Assembly: GCA_964016885.1 (NCBI GenBank)
Contig: OZ024741.1
Coordinates: forward strand, 217,000,001 to 217,064,000
Length of the DNA: 64,000 bases
Source of the DNA: Eledone cirrhosa
Taxonomy: Eukaryota
Direction: 5' to 3'
How positions within the stretch are numbered: position 1 is the first letter of the stretch; the number at the start of each line of letters is the position of its first letter. Below the pieces are notes generated by a model that was not told the origin of the DNA, ran no database searches, and saw nothing but the letters and a program-made list of their open reading frames with translations. A program made the position numbers and the translations under genes. Positions 39,901 through 52,843 of this stretch are shown piece by piece.

Positions 39901-40948
39901 TACAACACCAACAACAACACCAACTACAACACCAACTACAACACCAACTACAACACCAACTACAACACCAACAACAACACCAACAACAACACCAACTACA
40001 ACACCAACAACAACACCAACTACAACACCAACTACAACACCAACTACAACACCGACTACAACACCAACAACAACACCAACAACAACACCAACTACAACAC
40101 CAACAACAACACCAACTACAACACCAACTACAACACCAACAACAACACCAACTACAACACCAACTACAACACCAACAACAACACCAACAACAACACCAAC
40201 TACAACACCAACAACAACACCAACTACAACACCAACTACAACACCAACTACAACACCGACTACAACACCAACAACAACACCAACAACAACACCAACTACA
40301 ACACCAACAACAACACCAACAACAACACCAACTACAACACCAACAACAACACCAACTACAACACCAACTACAACACCAACAACAACACCAACTACAACAC
40401 CAACTACAACACCAACAACAACACCAACAACAACACCAACTACAACACCAACAACAACACCAACTACAACACCAACTACAACACCAACTACAACACCGAC
40501 TACAACACCAACAACAACACCAACAACAACACCAACTACAACACCAACAACAACACCAACTACAACACCAACTACAACACCAACAACAACACCAACTACA
40601 ACACCAACTACAACACCAACTACAACACCGACTACAACACCAACAACAACACCAACAACAACACCAACTACAACACCAACAACAACACCAACAACAACAC
40701 CAACTACAACACCAACTACAACACCAACAACAACACCAACAACAACACCAACTACAACACCAACACCAACAACAACAAATTCGAACCCTTTGAAGGGACA
40801 CAAAGCCCCGTCAGAAGAAATCAACAACCCTCGAACATGCAACAACCTTTGCCCTATTATTATTATCCTTATTATTATCATCACATTGGTTGCTATGGTA
40901 TCTACAATTATAACCACGTGCCCGGGATTAATTACTGGTGCGCAGTAA
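33981..40948 (+). CDS. Exon 3: end of the LPMO-like domain, Tyr-rich linker, three Cys modules (WCxxNCxxGxCPxxHC), ~2000-aa (TTTP)n mucin tract, hydrophobic C-terminus
   Basis: Acceptor cttctacag|CT completes the phase-1 codon and is in frame with ORF 34058-40948. PKEYVGCIDL resembles AA15 QExFxGCADI. Repeat variation is mostly at third positions (ACA/ACT/ACG/ACC, CCA/CCT/CCG) in the Thr/Pro frame. Confidence 0.8.
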
Positions 40949-41260
40949 ATTGTATACGTGGTTACTGCCCATACTCCCATTGCTCCTGTAACATTCCCTG
41001 CCAGGTGAAACCATCCTATGTCATAATTCCCGGCATGATAGAGTGGTGTTACCTGAACTGTCACGCTGGGAACTGTCCAGAAAGCCACTGTAAATGTAAC
41101 ATTGACGAACAGAGTTCCCCATCTGACCAATCAGATCCCACAAATCCAACACCAGCATCACAACCAAGTCCTTAACCACCTCCTCAAACGCCGACACAGG
41201 CACCACCACCTCCTCAAACGCCGACACAGGCACCACCACCACCACCACGCTGCCTACACC
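40778..41260 (+). repeat. Recent duplicate of 34056-~34505 (Tyr-rich segment and two Cys modules), shifted in frame, with CAA>TAA at 41173
   Basis: Offset is 6722 bp (not a multiple of 3); about six substitutions visible in the first ~400 bp. Confidence 0.92.
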
Positions 41261-44121
41261 AGTTGCAGCAGAGACACCATCACCACCACCACCGCTACCG
41301 CCTACACCAGTTGCAGCAGAGACACCACCACCACCACCACTACCACCAGCACCACCGCCGCCGCCACCTACACAAGTTGCAGCAGAGACACCACCGCCAC
41401 CACCGCCACCTACACCTACACAAGTTGCAACAGAGACACCACCACCACCGCTACCGCCACCTACACCAGTTGCAGCAGACACACCACCACCACCACCACC
41501 GCCACCGCCACCTACACCAGTTGCAGCAGAGACACCACAACCGTCACAACCACCACCACTACCGCCACCTACACCAGTTGCAGCAGAGACACCACCCCCA
41601 CCACCACCGCCACCTACACCAGTTGCAGCAGAGACACCACCACCACCACCACCGCCACCGCCACCTACACCAGTTGCAGCAGAGACACCACCACCGCAGC
41701 CACCACAACCACCATCACCACCACCACCGCCACCTACACCAGTTGCAGCAGAGACACCACCACCGCAGCCATCACAACCACCATCACCACCGCCACCTAC
41801 ACCAGTTGCAGCAGAGACACCACCACCGCAGCTGTCACAACCACCATCACCAGCGCCACCTACACCAGTTGCAGCAGAGACACCACCACCGCAGCCATCA
41901 CAACCACCATCACCACCGCCACCTACACCAGTTGCAGCAGAGACACCACCACCGCAGCTGTCACAACCACCATCACCAGCGCCACCTACACCAGTTGCAG
42001 CAGAGACACCACCACCGCAGCCATCACAACCACCATCACCACCGCCACCTACACCAGTTGCAGCAGAGACACCACCACCGCAGCCATCACAACCACCATC
42101 ACCACCGCAACCTACACCAGTTGCAGCAGAGACACCACCACCGCAGCTGTCACAACCACCATCACCAGCGCCACCTACACCAGTTGCAGCAGAGACACCA
42201 CCACCACAGCCGTCACAATCACCATCACCACCGCCACCGCCACCTACACCAGTTGCAGCAGAGACACCACCACCGCAGCCATCACAACCACCATCACCAC
42301 CTCCACCTACACCAGTTGCAGCAGAGACACCACCACCGCAGCCGTCACAACCACCATCACCATCACCACCTCCACCTACACCAGTTGCAGCAGAGACACC
42401 ACCACCACGGCCATCACAACCACCACCACCACCGCCACCTACACCAGTTGCAGCAGAGACACCACCACCGCAGCCATCACAACCACCACCACCACCGCCA
42501 CCTACACCAGTTGCAGCAGAGACACCACCACCACGGCCATCACAACCACCACCACCACCGCCACCTACACCATTGCAGCAGAGACACCACCACCGCAGCC
42601 ATCACAACCACCATCACCACCACCACCGCCACCTACACCAGTTGCAGCAGAGACACCACCACCACGGCCATCACAACCACCACCACCACCGCCACCTACA
42701 CCAGTTGCAGCAGAGACACCACCACCGCAGCCATCACAACCACCATCACCACCGCCACCGCCACCTACACCAGTTGCAGCAGAGACACCACCACCGCAGC
42801 CATCACGACCACCATCACCACCACCACCGCCGCCACAAACGTCACGACCACCATCACCACCACCACCACCACCACCACCGCCACCTACACCAGTTGCAGC
42901 AGAGACACCACCACCGCAGCCATCACAACCACCATCACCACCACCACCGCCACCTACACCAGTTGCAGCAGAGACACCACCACCACGGCCATCACGACCA
43001 CCATCACCACCACCACCGCCGCCACAAACGTCACGACCACCATCACCACCACCACCACCACCACCACCGCCACCTACACCAGTTGCAGCAGAGACACCAC
43101 CACCACAGCTGTCACAACCACCATCACCACCGCCACCTACACCAGTTGTAGCAGAGACACCACCACCGCAGCCGTCACAACCACCATCACCACCGCCACC
43201 TACACCAGTTGCAGCAGAGACACCACCACCACGGCCATCACAACCACCACCACCACCGCCACCTACACCAGTTGTAGCAGAGACACCACCACCGCAGCCG
43301 TCACAACCACCATCACCACCGCCACCTACACCAGTTGCAGCAGAGACACCACCACCGCAGCCATCACAACCACCATCACCACCACCACCGCCACCTACAC
43401 CAGTTGCAGCAGAGACACCACCACCGCAGCCATCACAACCACCATCACCACCACCACCGCCACCTACACCAGTTGCAGCAGAGACACCACCACCGCAGCC
43501 GTCACAACCACCATCACCACCACCACCGCCACCTACACCAGTTGCAGCAGAGACACCACCACCGCAGCCGTCACAACCACCATCACCACCACCACCGCCA
43601 CCTACACCAGTTGCAGCAGAGACACCACCACCGCAGCCGTCACAACCACCATCACCACCAGCCCCGTCATAAAACCAACAATAACTCCAACATCAACAAC
43701 ATCACCATCACCACCAACAACACCTACAATTCCAACCACAACTCCAACAACAACATCAACAACAAAACCTACCGCAACAACAACAACAACAACACCAACT
43801 ACAACGCCAATAACAACAACAACAACACCATCTACAACAACAACAACAATAACACCAACAACAACAATAACACCAACAAGTCCATCTACAACAACAACAA
43901 CAATAACAACAACAATAAAACCAACACCATCTGCAACAACAACAACAACACCATCTGTAACAACAACAACAATAACAAGAACACCGTCAATAACAACAAC
44001 AATAACAAGAACACCGTCAATAACAACAACAACAGCAACATCACCCTCTATACCAGACAATCCAACATTATCTACAATCCCCACCCCAACCACATTTAAA
44101 GACCAAAAATCACGAAATTGA
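41250..44121 (+). pseudogene. Pro-rich tandem repeat (PTPVAAETPPPQPSQPPSPPP, ~60-66 bp) and Thr-rich tail; frameshifted continuation of the duplicated exon
   Basis: Expanded from the PTPAPAATPPPSP motif at 34490-34550; the Pro frame switches between ORFs 41102 and 41263 at indels. Confidence 0.55.
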
Positions 44122-44325
44122 ACTTTATACACTCCAGAGACGTTACATATCCCAGAGACGTTGCACACCTGAAGACGTTATACACTCCAGAGACGTTACA
44201 TATTCCAGAGACGTTACATATCCCAGAGACGTTACACACCTGAAGACGTTATACACGCCAGAGACGTTACATATCCCAGAGACGTTACACACCTGAAGAC
44301 GTTATACACGCCAGAGACGCTGCAT
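44122..44325 (+). repeat. 18/19-bp minisatellite (ccagagacgttacatatc); candidate polyA signal AATAAA at 44503
   Basis: About 11 units read directly. Confidence 0.8.
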
Positions 44326-44644
44326 GCGACGGGGACGTCGCTGGCTACGACGATGCCCTTGTGGTCAGCCTTCTTGTGAAACACAGCGTAATTGCAGAGT
44401 TAGCAAACGACACGTATTTGTGCGGCACCCTCACCAGTGCTTCAGAGAGGCATTACGTCACCGTGTTTGACGGCATCGCAGCGAAATTCCATGTCTGTTA
44501 TCAATAAATCCCGGGGGTGGGGGAATATGTAAGACATGTACCTAGATACGCTCCTCCAGCTGACAGGAAAATATTACCATCAATACGAACGTTAATATAA
44601 AAACCAGCTTGGCAGTGGGCATTACGACATTATTAATATCAACA

Positions 44645-44952
44645 GGGCGGTGGATTGGCAGTATCGGTAGAGAGTCGGAAACCATGCTTTGAAGCATAGA
44701 GTTACGTCCCTTTATGATCTGAGTTCAAATCCCGCCGAGGTTAACTTTGCCTTTCATCCTTACGGGGTCGATAAAATAAAGTACCAGTAATACTCTGGGT
44801 AAGTGCATTACTGGTACTTTATTTTATCAACCCCGTAAGGATGAAAGGCAAAGTTAACCTCGGCTGGATTTGAACTCAGAATGGCAAGGGCCTTAACTCT
44901 ATGCGTCAAAGCATGGCGTCCGACCATCTACCGATACTGCCAATCCTCCGCC
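44645..44952. mobile_element. Tail-to-tail inverted SINE pair (44645-44801 +, 44803-44952 -)
   Basis: Two copies of the main SINE family abutting in opposite orientation. Confidence 0.85.
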
Positions 44953-45901
44953 ATTATAATTCAAATAATGAGAGAAAAAAGAAAAGAAATATAGAACTGC
45001 ATAAGAGGAAACCCACTACAGCCTCGGCAGGATGGTATACCTGAGCCGCGTCACGCGGTGGACAAGATGGTGAATGTGTGCCGCAGGGAGCTACCGGCGA
45101 TACCCAGTGTATCAGTAATTCTATCTCACAGGACAAGCTCTATACCATCGGCTGGGTGCTGTATCTGAGTTTCGCGCTTCGTTTGACAAAATGGTGACGT
45201 CGACGCTGCAGTGAATAGCCAGCGACACCCGCTGTATCAACCATGTTACCCTATGATGTCAAACTCCACAACGTTGGCCTGATGGTAGATTTTTAGTTGT
45301 GCCCCAAGATGGACAGGATGGGGAAAATAATGCCACAGAAAATAGCCAACGACACCAGCTGCATCAGCCATGCCAACCCACGATAACAAAGTCTACAGCG
45401 TTGGCCGGATGATAGATTTTTTTGGCTGTGTCCCATGGTGGAGAGGATTTTCACAGAAAACAGCCAACGATACTCGCTACATGAACCATTCCACCTCGCT
45501 GAAGTAAGTTCTACACCGTTCGTACCACAGAGTGACAAATGGCGAAAGTATTATATTTACACAGAATTTAATATAACTCGCTACAGTAATAAACATTGTA
45601 ATTCTTTTGATCCTTTGATTTATTTATTTAACTAATTTCAAACCATATTTTCATATATATATATTTAATTAGAAAGTAAACAACACAAAATAGAACTACT
45701 CCATTACCAAAGGTTTCTGGATCCCAGACAATATTAATATACGACTGGATCGGTTATCAGACAGAGATGTTATAGATAAACAATATGAAATGAGATTTAA
45801 AATCTGTAAAAAATTGGAAGGCTGGAAAAATAACGGGAAATGTACATAAGAAAAGAAGGGTAAGAAAAATAATATATATGCTTTTCCTTCGGAATTACCT
45901 A

Positions 45902-45954
<53 letters not shown>

Positions 45955-45955
<1 letters not shown>

Positions 45956-46810
45956 CGAGGGAAAAGTGGTAAGGAACCAGGTGGACCATAACGCACCAAA
46001 GTACTCAATACTTAGAGTAGTAGAGTGGGTAATAGGAGTAAGTAAGACCCCGACGGCTGAGCTCAAGCCGTTTCGACGGCTAATTCTGTACAGAATTAGC
46101 CGTCGAAACGGCTTGAGCTCAGCCGTCGGGGTCTTACTTACTCCTATATATATATATATATATATATATGGAAAAAAATGAAACGAAATTTCATTTCTCA
46201 CTCTTAGTACGGCTGATACTTAAATATAAGTATGTACATATATGTATACAGACGTACAGTAGTATGTATATATATATACATACATGCACACATATATATA
46301 TGTACGTATGGATTTACCGAACAATTATTATAATGCTCGGTTTGTTTGTAAACAAACATCCCGAATTAAGCCGTACAGTGTTTAGCAACCATCGTTGCCC
46401 TTTTGTTCAACACTGACAAAGGAACGATGTTCAAGCTTATTAGCTATCGTCAGCACCGTATACCTTCCTGCCAGATGATTGAACGTCTGAAAGTATATAC
46501 TTTCCCTATGCATATTAACGGCTGAGCAGCCTAATTTGCATATCGAGTAAGTTAATCGGCCGGGCGCACCGAAAACGATAAATGGAAAAAATGAAACGAA
46601 ATTTCATTTCTCACTCTTAGTACGGCTGTTACTTAAATATAAGTATGTATACGTACATACATATATGTATACAGATGTACAGTAGTATGTATATATATAC
46701 ATACATGCACACATATATATATGTGCGTAACAAACCGAGCATTATAATAAATGTTCGGTAAATCCATACGCACGTATATATATGTGTGCATGTATGTATA
46801 TATATACATA
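45955..46810. mobile_element. Palindromic repeat (46032-46147) followed by hammerhead-bearing repeat copy 3 and a partial inverted copy
   Basis: Same families as 21205 and 20520; the HHR at 46424-46459 (-) has lost stem III and the cleavage site. Confidence 0.75.
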
Positions 46811-47157
46811 GTACATATTCGTGAGGTAAGGATTGGTACGAATACCTTCAATTCGGTATTCGTACCAAATCTGGTGATTTTTAGTTATTGAAAGTAAATA
46901 TAAAATTGGCTTGAAAATGAAATCTATCAGGTGTTAAATTCATGTGTAACGAGGTGTGTAAATGTGTCTGATCTAAAATTAAACAACAACATTACATATG
47001 TCACAACAAAATGTCAGCTCTCTAAACACATTCAACTATTTATACTGGTACATTGTTTTTTAGAACGAGATCTTGTTCATAAATATAAGTTGAGAATAAA
47101 GAGATTTGACACACAAGCTACGTTTAACACACAATTATTTGACCAAACGTACGTCCA

Positions 47158-47390
47158 CCATTCCATATTGTATCGCTTATCACGTCTGCTTTACAAGCGT
47201 GAGTTCGAAATTCAAAGAAATATTTCAGGTGAATTTATTTTAGGCGTTCTGACTTTTATCTTCAAATATTTCGGCAAATTTGACACACAAGATATGTATA
47301 ATACACAATTATTTGACGACATTCCATAGTGTATCATTTATTATGTCTGCTTTACAAGCTGACAACCATGTGTTTGAATTTCAAGGGGAT
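47158..47390 (+). pseudogene. Two highly degraded tRNA-Val(TAC)-like pseudogenes (~47158, ~47320)
   Basis: ttccatattgtatcgcttatcacgtctgctttacaagcgtgagttcgaaa; the upstream flank is the reverse complement of the array spacer at 51070-51150. Confidence 0.6.
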
Positions 47391-47689
47391 ATTTTGTATA
47401 AATTTATTTTTGGTGTTTGGATTTTTATCTTCAAATATTTTAGCAAAATATTACTGTTGAAAATATATGGCTAATTTAGATAAAATATCTTTGTAAAGAC
47501 ATAAATTTCGAGTTTGTTTAAGTACTAGAAAACATTTGATGATAGGTTTGCTGGAATGGTGCTGACCTGCGTGATAAAACAATACGAGACTTAGAAGTTA
47601 AAGATAGGTAACTGATGGTATAAAAAAAGTTAGATAGTTAAACAACTGTCTACATTTACACATCTTTCACTGAATTGACCCGCATTCCT

Positions 47690-48110
47690 TTCGTCACAGT
47701 GCCGGACGCCTTCCATGCCATGCTGCTCTCAACGAGGTCGTAAAGCATGGCTTGGGCGATGCAGGCTTCCCTTCCCAGATCGAGCCGGTGAGGCTGGACC
47801 GAGGGGACGGCAAAAGGTCAGATGGCATGACCATCTTCCCGTTCCGCGGTGGCAAACCCCTCGTCTGGGATGCCACTTGCACCGACACTTTCTCCAGCCG
47901 CAACCTTGGCGGTGGAGACTTCTGGTGTCCTCGGTCCTAGGGCTACCTCCCTACTCACCACCATAGGCGCTGAGCTGGCCAGCCGCAGGTGTGAGCCTCG
48001 CGAGCTGGAATGACTTTTCCAGCGAGTCTCCCTTGCCGTCCTCCGGGGAAGCGCCGTCTCCATTCTGTCCACCGGGGCTGTGGGGAGGCCACCAATATGA
48101 TTGACTGACT
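47690..48110 (+). mobile_element. 3' fragment of a CRE-like non-LTR element (restriction-like endonuclease), internally deleted
   Basis: CHAALNEVVKHGLGDAGFPSQIEPVRLDRGDGKRSDGMTIFPFRGGKPLVWDATCTDT ... AVETSGVLGP...FQRVSLAVLRGSA; GC-rich island. Confidence 0.75.
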
Positions 48111-48525
48111 TGTCATTTTATCAGTCAGATGTTCTAATGATTCTATATAAGTAGTAAATCGCCACGTTTCAATACGTTGAAACAATTGTAAAAGTATGTG
48201 ATAAAGTAATATGTGTGGTTCAATGATGTAGTGGGGGTTATCATATCTGGTTATCAAGCAGAAGGCACTAGGCCCAAAGCACAATCACCTCCCCCCCCCT
48301 TCACCCACCCACCCCTCCTCTCTCTCTTCTGCGACACCAGAGCTCATGCCATCCCTTCCCCTTCCCGATCTTTTTCTTCTTTCTTTCCTCCTTTTTTTCT
48401 ATATTTTTTTCTATGTTTCGTTATTCTTTCTTTCATTTTGATTCCCCTTCTTTTTTATTATTTCTATATTGAAAATAAACGTATTATTATTAATATAATA
48501 GTACAAGGACGTATAACTAGTACAA

Positions 48526-48715
48526 GGGCGGTGGATTGGCAGTATCGGTAGAGGGTCGGTCGCCATGCATTCCAGCATAGTTACGTCCCTTTACGATCTG
48601 AGTTCAAATCCCGCCGAGGTTGACTTTGCCTTTCATCCTTACGGGGTCGATAAAATAAAGTACCAGTAATGCACTGGGTAATTGCTGGCCTTGTTCCTAA
48701 AGTAGAAACAATTAT
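48526..48715 (+). mobile_element. SINE, full length
   Basis: Main family consensus. Confidence 0.85.
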
Positions 48716-49318
48716 TATTAGAAAACAAAATTTGGTGAATGCGTTTAAAAAGCTGACATTTTGTTGTAAAATTTTCTATTATACATATTTTGTATGCCAA
48801 AAATATTTAGTCTTGACTTAGATTTATACAGATTCTCTCGACTTAGATAATCCAGTGTGACAGTGAATGAACCTAATGTTTATAAAATCAGTTCAGTTCT
48901 AAGATATTAAATATAGTTGATAAGCTCTAGGCAGGACAGGATTTATCGGGAGGACTGTGGGGGCTGAAACCTCTCCGAGCAGGGACCCACCTTTATTCAC
49001 GACTTATATTTAATATCTCGACTTATATAGTCTAAAAAACATAATGTGCGAGTATAAATAGGTGAATATGTTTAGAAAACTGACAATTTGTTGTGACATA
49101 TTTAATGTTATTGTTTAACTTTAGGTCAGACACATTTACACACCTGCCTACAAATGTGTTCTATACTTGAACATAACACCTGATGAATTTCATATTCAAA
49201 CCTATTCTATATACCTGGCTTTTCAATGATTATATAATCAGCTGTAACATCTAAAATAAAATAAAAAGTTTTAGGATGAAAATAAAAATGTTTTAGAAAA
49301 TATTTAGATACAAAAATA

Positions 49319-49390
49319 GATTCCAGCGAGTTTCCAACTCACGACCTTCTGCGTGTTAAGCAGATGTGATAACCACTGCACCATGGAACC
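49319..49390 (-). pseudogene. tRNA-Val(AAC) pseudogene
   Basis: Cloverleaf with T-loop GTTGGAA and acceptor- and D-arm substitutions. Confidence 0.7.
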
Positions 49391-49696
49391 ACAAGAGTGT
49401 TGCAGCACACCTATTGCTTTATGAAACACTTTTACATTTGTTTCAATTTAGCTAAAAATTTGTAAATTTAGAAACAGTTGATTAACGATATAAATACTAT
49501 GATATGACGGGTTACCTGTCTTTAGCTTGTTAGGTTGGTAATGTTGTATAAGACAGGTCAGCCCCTTCCATCATAGGTTATATATACAGCACTGGATATT
49601 GAAATCCTAGTCTAGATTAACAGAAGAAATACCTGAGCCCCTAACTAACACGATACTACACGAATTAAAAAAATATAACTGAAAACAAAAGATAAA

Positions 49697-49768
49697 GGTT
49701 CCAGCGAGTTTCGAACTCGCGACCTTTTGCGTGTGAAGCAGACGTGATAACCACTACACCATGGAACC
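49697..49768 (-). tRNA. tRNA-Val(CAC), one anticodon-stem mismatch
   Basis: GGTTCCATGGTGTAGTGGTTATCACGTCTGCTTCACACGCAAAAGGTCGCGAGTTCGAAACTCGCTGGAACC. Confidence 0.75.
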
Positions 49769-50317
49769 ACATGTAGACAGTATGATGAATAACTTTCTAT
49801 TATACATATTTTGTATATCTAAAATATTTAGTCTTGACTTCGATTCATACAGATGTTCTCGACTTAGAAAATCTAGTGTGATAATTTATAAACCTGAATA
49901 TGTTCAGCTCCAAGATATTAAATATAGTTATTCAGCTCTTAGCAGGGCAGGATTTATCGGGAGGAATGTGCGGGCTAAAACTTCTCCGAACAGGAACACC
50001 TCTATATTCTAAACTTACATTAATAAAGACGCCCTCAGTCTAAAAAACATAATGTGCCAGTATAAATAGGTGAATGTGTTTAGAAAACTAACATTTTGTT
50101 GTGACATATTTAATATTGTTGTTTAACAGACACATTTAAACACCAGCATACAAATGTGTTCTATACTTGAACATAATATCTGATGAATTTCATATTCAAA
50201 CCTAATCTATATAACTGGCTTTTCAATAATGGTATAATCAGCTGTAACATCTGAAATAAAGGGAAAAAAATAAGGGTAAAATAAATATGTTTCTAAAAAT
50301 ATTTAGATACAAAAATA

Positions 50318-50389
50318 GGTTCCAGCGAGTTTCAAACGCACGACCTTCTACGTGTTAAGCAGACGTGATAAACACTACACCATGAAACC
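50318..50389 (-). pseudogene. tRNA-Val(AAC) pseudogene
   Basis: Multiple substitutions; 999 bp from the 49319 copy. Confidence 0.7.
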
Positions 50390-50694
50390 ACATGATTATT
50401 CTGTCACACGTATTGCCTTATCAACACTTTTACATTTGTTTCAATTTAGCTAAACATGAGTAAATTTAGAAACAGTTGATTAACGATATAAATACCATGA
50501 TATGACGGTTACCTGTCTTTAGCTTGTTAGGTTGGTAGATTTGTATAACACAGGTCAGTCAACTTCCATCATAGGTAATATATACAGCACTGGGTATTGA
50601 AATCAGCGTCTTGCTAAGCGGAAGAAATACCTGAGCCTCTAACTAACACGGCACTACACGAATTAAAAATATATAACTGAAAACAAAAGATAAA

Positions 50695-50766
50695 GGCTCC
50701 AGCGAGTTTCGAACTCGCGACCTTCTGCGTGTGAAGCAGCCGTGATAACCACTACACCATGGAACC
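50695..50766 (-). tRNA. tRNA-Val(CAC), two substitutions
   Basis: 998 bp from the 49697 copy; A and B boxes intact. Confidence 0.7.
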
Positions 50767-51284
50767 ACATGTAGCCGACATGATGAATAACTTTCTATTA
50801 TACATATTTTGTATATCTAAAATATTTAGTCTTGACTTCGATTCATACAGATGTTCTCGACTTAGAAAATCTAGTGTGATAGTTTATAAACCTGAATATG
50901 TTCAGCTCCAAGATATTAAATATAGTTGTTCAGCTCTTAGCAGGGCAGGTTTTATCGGGAGGACTGTGGGGTAAAACCTCTCCGAACAGGGACCCCTCTT
51001 TATCCTCGACTTATATTTATACAGAAGCTCTCAGTCTGAAAAAGATAATGTGCCAGTACAAGTAGTTTAATGTGTCTAGTAAACTGACATTATGTTGTGA
51101 AATATTTAATGTTGTTGTTTAACTTTAGATCAGATACATTTACACACCTGTCTACAAATGTGTTCTACACTTAAACATAAAAAAGAGTAATGAAAGTTAT
51201 CAGAAGAATTTCATTTTCAAACATATTCTGTAAATATTGTCTTTCAATAAATAAAAAAAACATCAGCAATAGCATCTGAAATAA

Positions 51285-51497
51285 TGGTTTCTTAAATAGC
51301 CACAAAGCCAGCAATTGAGGGAGAGGAGGAAGTCGATTAAATCGATCCCAGTCCGTGACTGGTACTTTATTTTATCGACTCCATCAGGATGAAAAGCAAA
51401 GTTAACCTCGGCGGGATTTGAACTCAGATCATAAAGGGCCGTAACTCTATGCTTAAAAGCATAGCGTTCGATCCTCTACCGATACTGCCAATCCACC
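51285..51497 (-). mobile_element. SINE inserted in the tRNA array spacer with a 13-bp TSD (gcatctgaaataa)
   Basis: TSD copies at 51272 and 51498. Confidence 0.85.
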
Positions 51498-51570
51498 GCA
51501 TCTGAAATAACAGAATAAATTAAAGATGCAAATATAAAAAGTTCCTAAAAAATATTTAGTTACAAAAATA

Positions 51571-52073
51571 GGTTCCAGCGAGTTTCGAACTGACGACATT
51601 CTGCCTGTTCAGCAGATGTGATAACCACTACACCATGGAACTACCCGCTTATTTCGTCAAAGCAATTCCTTTATCAAACATATTGACATTTGTTTCAATT
51701 TAACGTATTTTGTGTCTTAAAGTCACCCTCCGTCTAGAAAAGATAATGTACCAGTATAAATTTTTAGGAAGGTCATGGGAGCAGAGTCATCAAACAACCA
51801 TTCCACAGGGTCCTGTCAGAACCAACTATCTCCAATTGATCTGCCTTAGGGAAGCAAGACCAACACAGATCAGGGATGAGCAAACCTATTCTATGTACCT
51901 GGCTTTTCAATAATTATATAATCAACAGTAACATCTAAAATAAAATAAAAATTTAAGGATGAAAATAAATATGTTTCTAAAAGTATTTAACTACATAATT
52001 ACGTTAGAGCGAGTTTCGAACTCACCACCTTCTGCGTGTTAAGCAGATGTGATAACCACTACACCATGAAACC
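51571..52073 (-). pseudogene. Two degraded tRNA-Val copies (51571-51642, 52002-52073)
   Basis: Recognisable bodies with stem mismatches. Confidence 0.65.
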
Positions 52074-52226
52074 ACATGGTTACTGCGAAAGATGAGTAAA
52101 TTTAGGACACTTTTACACAAAATAGAACAGATTTGTAGGGATATCTGTGTAAACGTGACCAACATAGTGGCATACCAGATTTAGACCTTGTGAGGCCCGT
52201 GGCAGTTGGGGTTTAGTCAGCCTCTA

Positions 52227-52332
<106 letters not shown>

Positions 52333-52486
52333 ATCCTGGGTTCAATTGGGAGTAACCACAGTAAGTAACGTACTCAATACATAGCAGAGACTTAATAGAA
52401 CAAAAGATTTGAATTTCTTCAAATAAAAGAAAAAAAATTAAGGATGAAAATAAAAATATTTCTAAAGTTATTTAAAAAATGATTTA

Positions 52487-52558
52487 GGTTCCAGCGAGTT
52501 TCGAACTCACGACCTTCTGCGTGTTAAGCAGATGTGATAACCACTACACCATGGAACC
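52487..52558 (-). tRNA. tRNA-Val(AAC)
   Basis: Complete cloverleaf, anticodon loop TT-AAC-AC. Confidence 0.8.
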
Positions 52559-52843
52559 ACATGAATACTGCGCAACACGTATTGCCTTATCAAACTTTTA
52601 CATTTGTTTCAATTTAGCTAAAGATGAATAAATGTAGAAACAGTTGAATAACGATCTAAATACTATGATATGAAGAGTCACCTATCTTCTAAGGTTGGTT
52701 GTGTTGTATAACACAGGTCAGCCCCCTTCCATCATGTTGTATAACACAGGTCAGCCCCCTTCCATACAGCAATGGAAATCATCGTCTAGATAAACGGAGG
52801 AACACGACACTACACGAATTTAAAAAAAGAAAAAAAACCCAAA

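Noticed and set aside
34642-41130. 2162-aa antisense (GVVV)n ORF and the Cys/Trp-rich ORF 38513-40801
   Set aside because: Mirror frames of the TTTP repeat; synonymous variation fits the + strand Thr/Pro frame.
41263-44099. His-rich ORFs suggesting histidine-rich beak-type proteins
   Set aside because: Alternative frames of the CCA-rich Pro repeat, with no signal peptide or Gly/Ala-His motifs.
49761-50974. Duplicated ORFs MEPHV... (83 and 71 aa)
   Set aside because: They start inside the antisense of tRNA genes and simply follow the 1-kb tRNA repeat unit.
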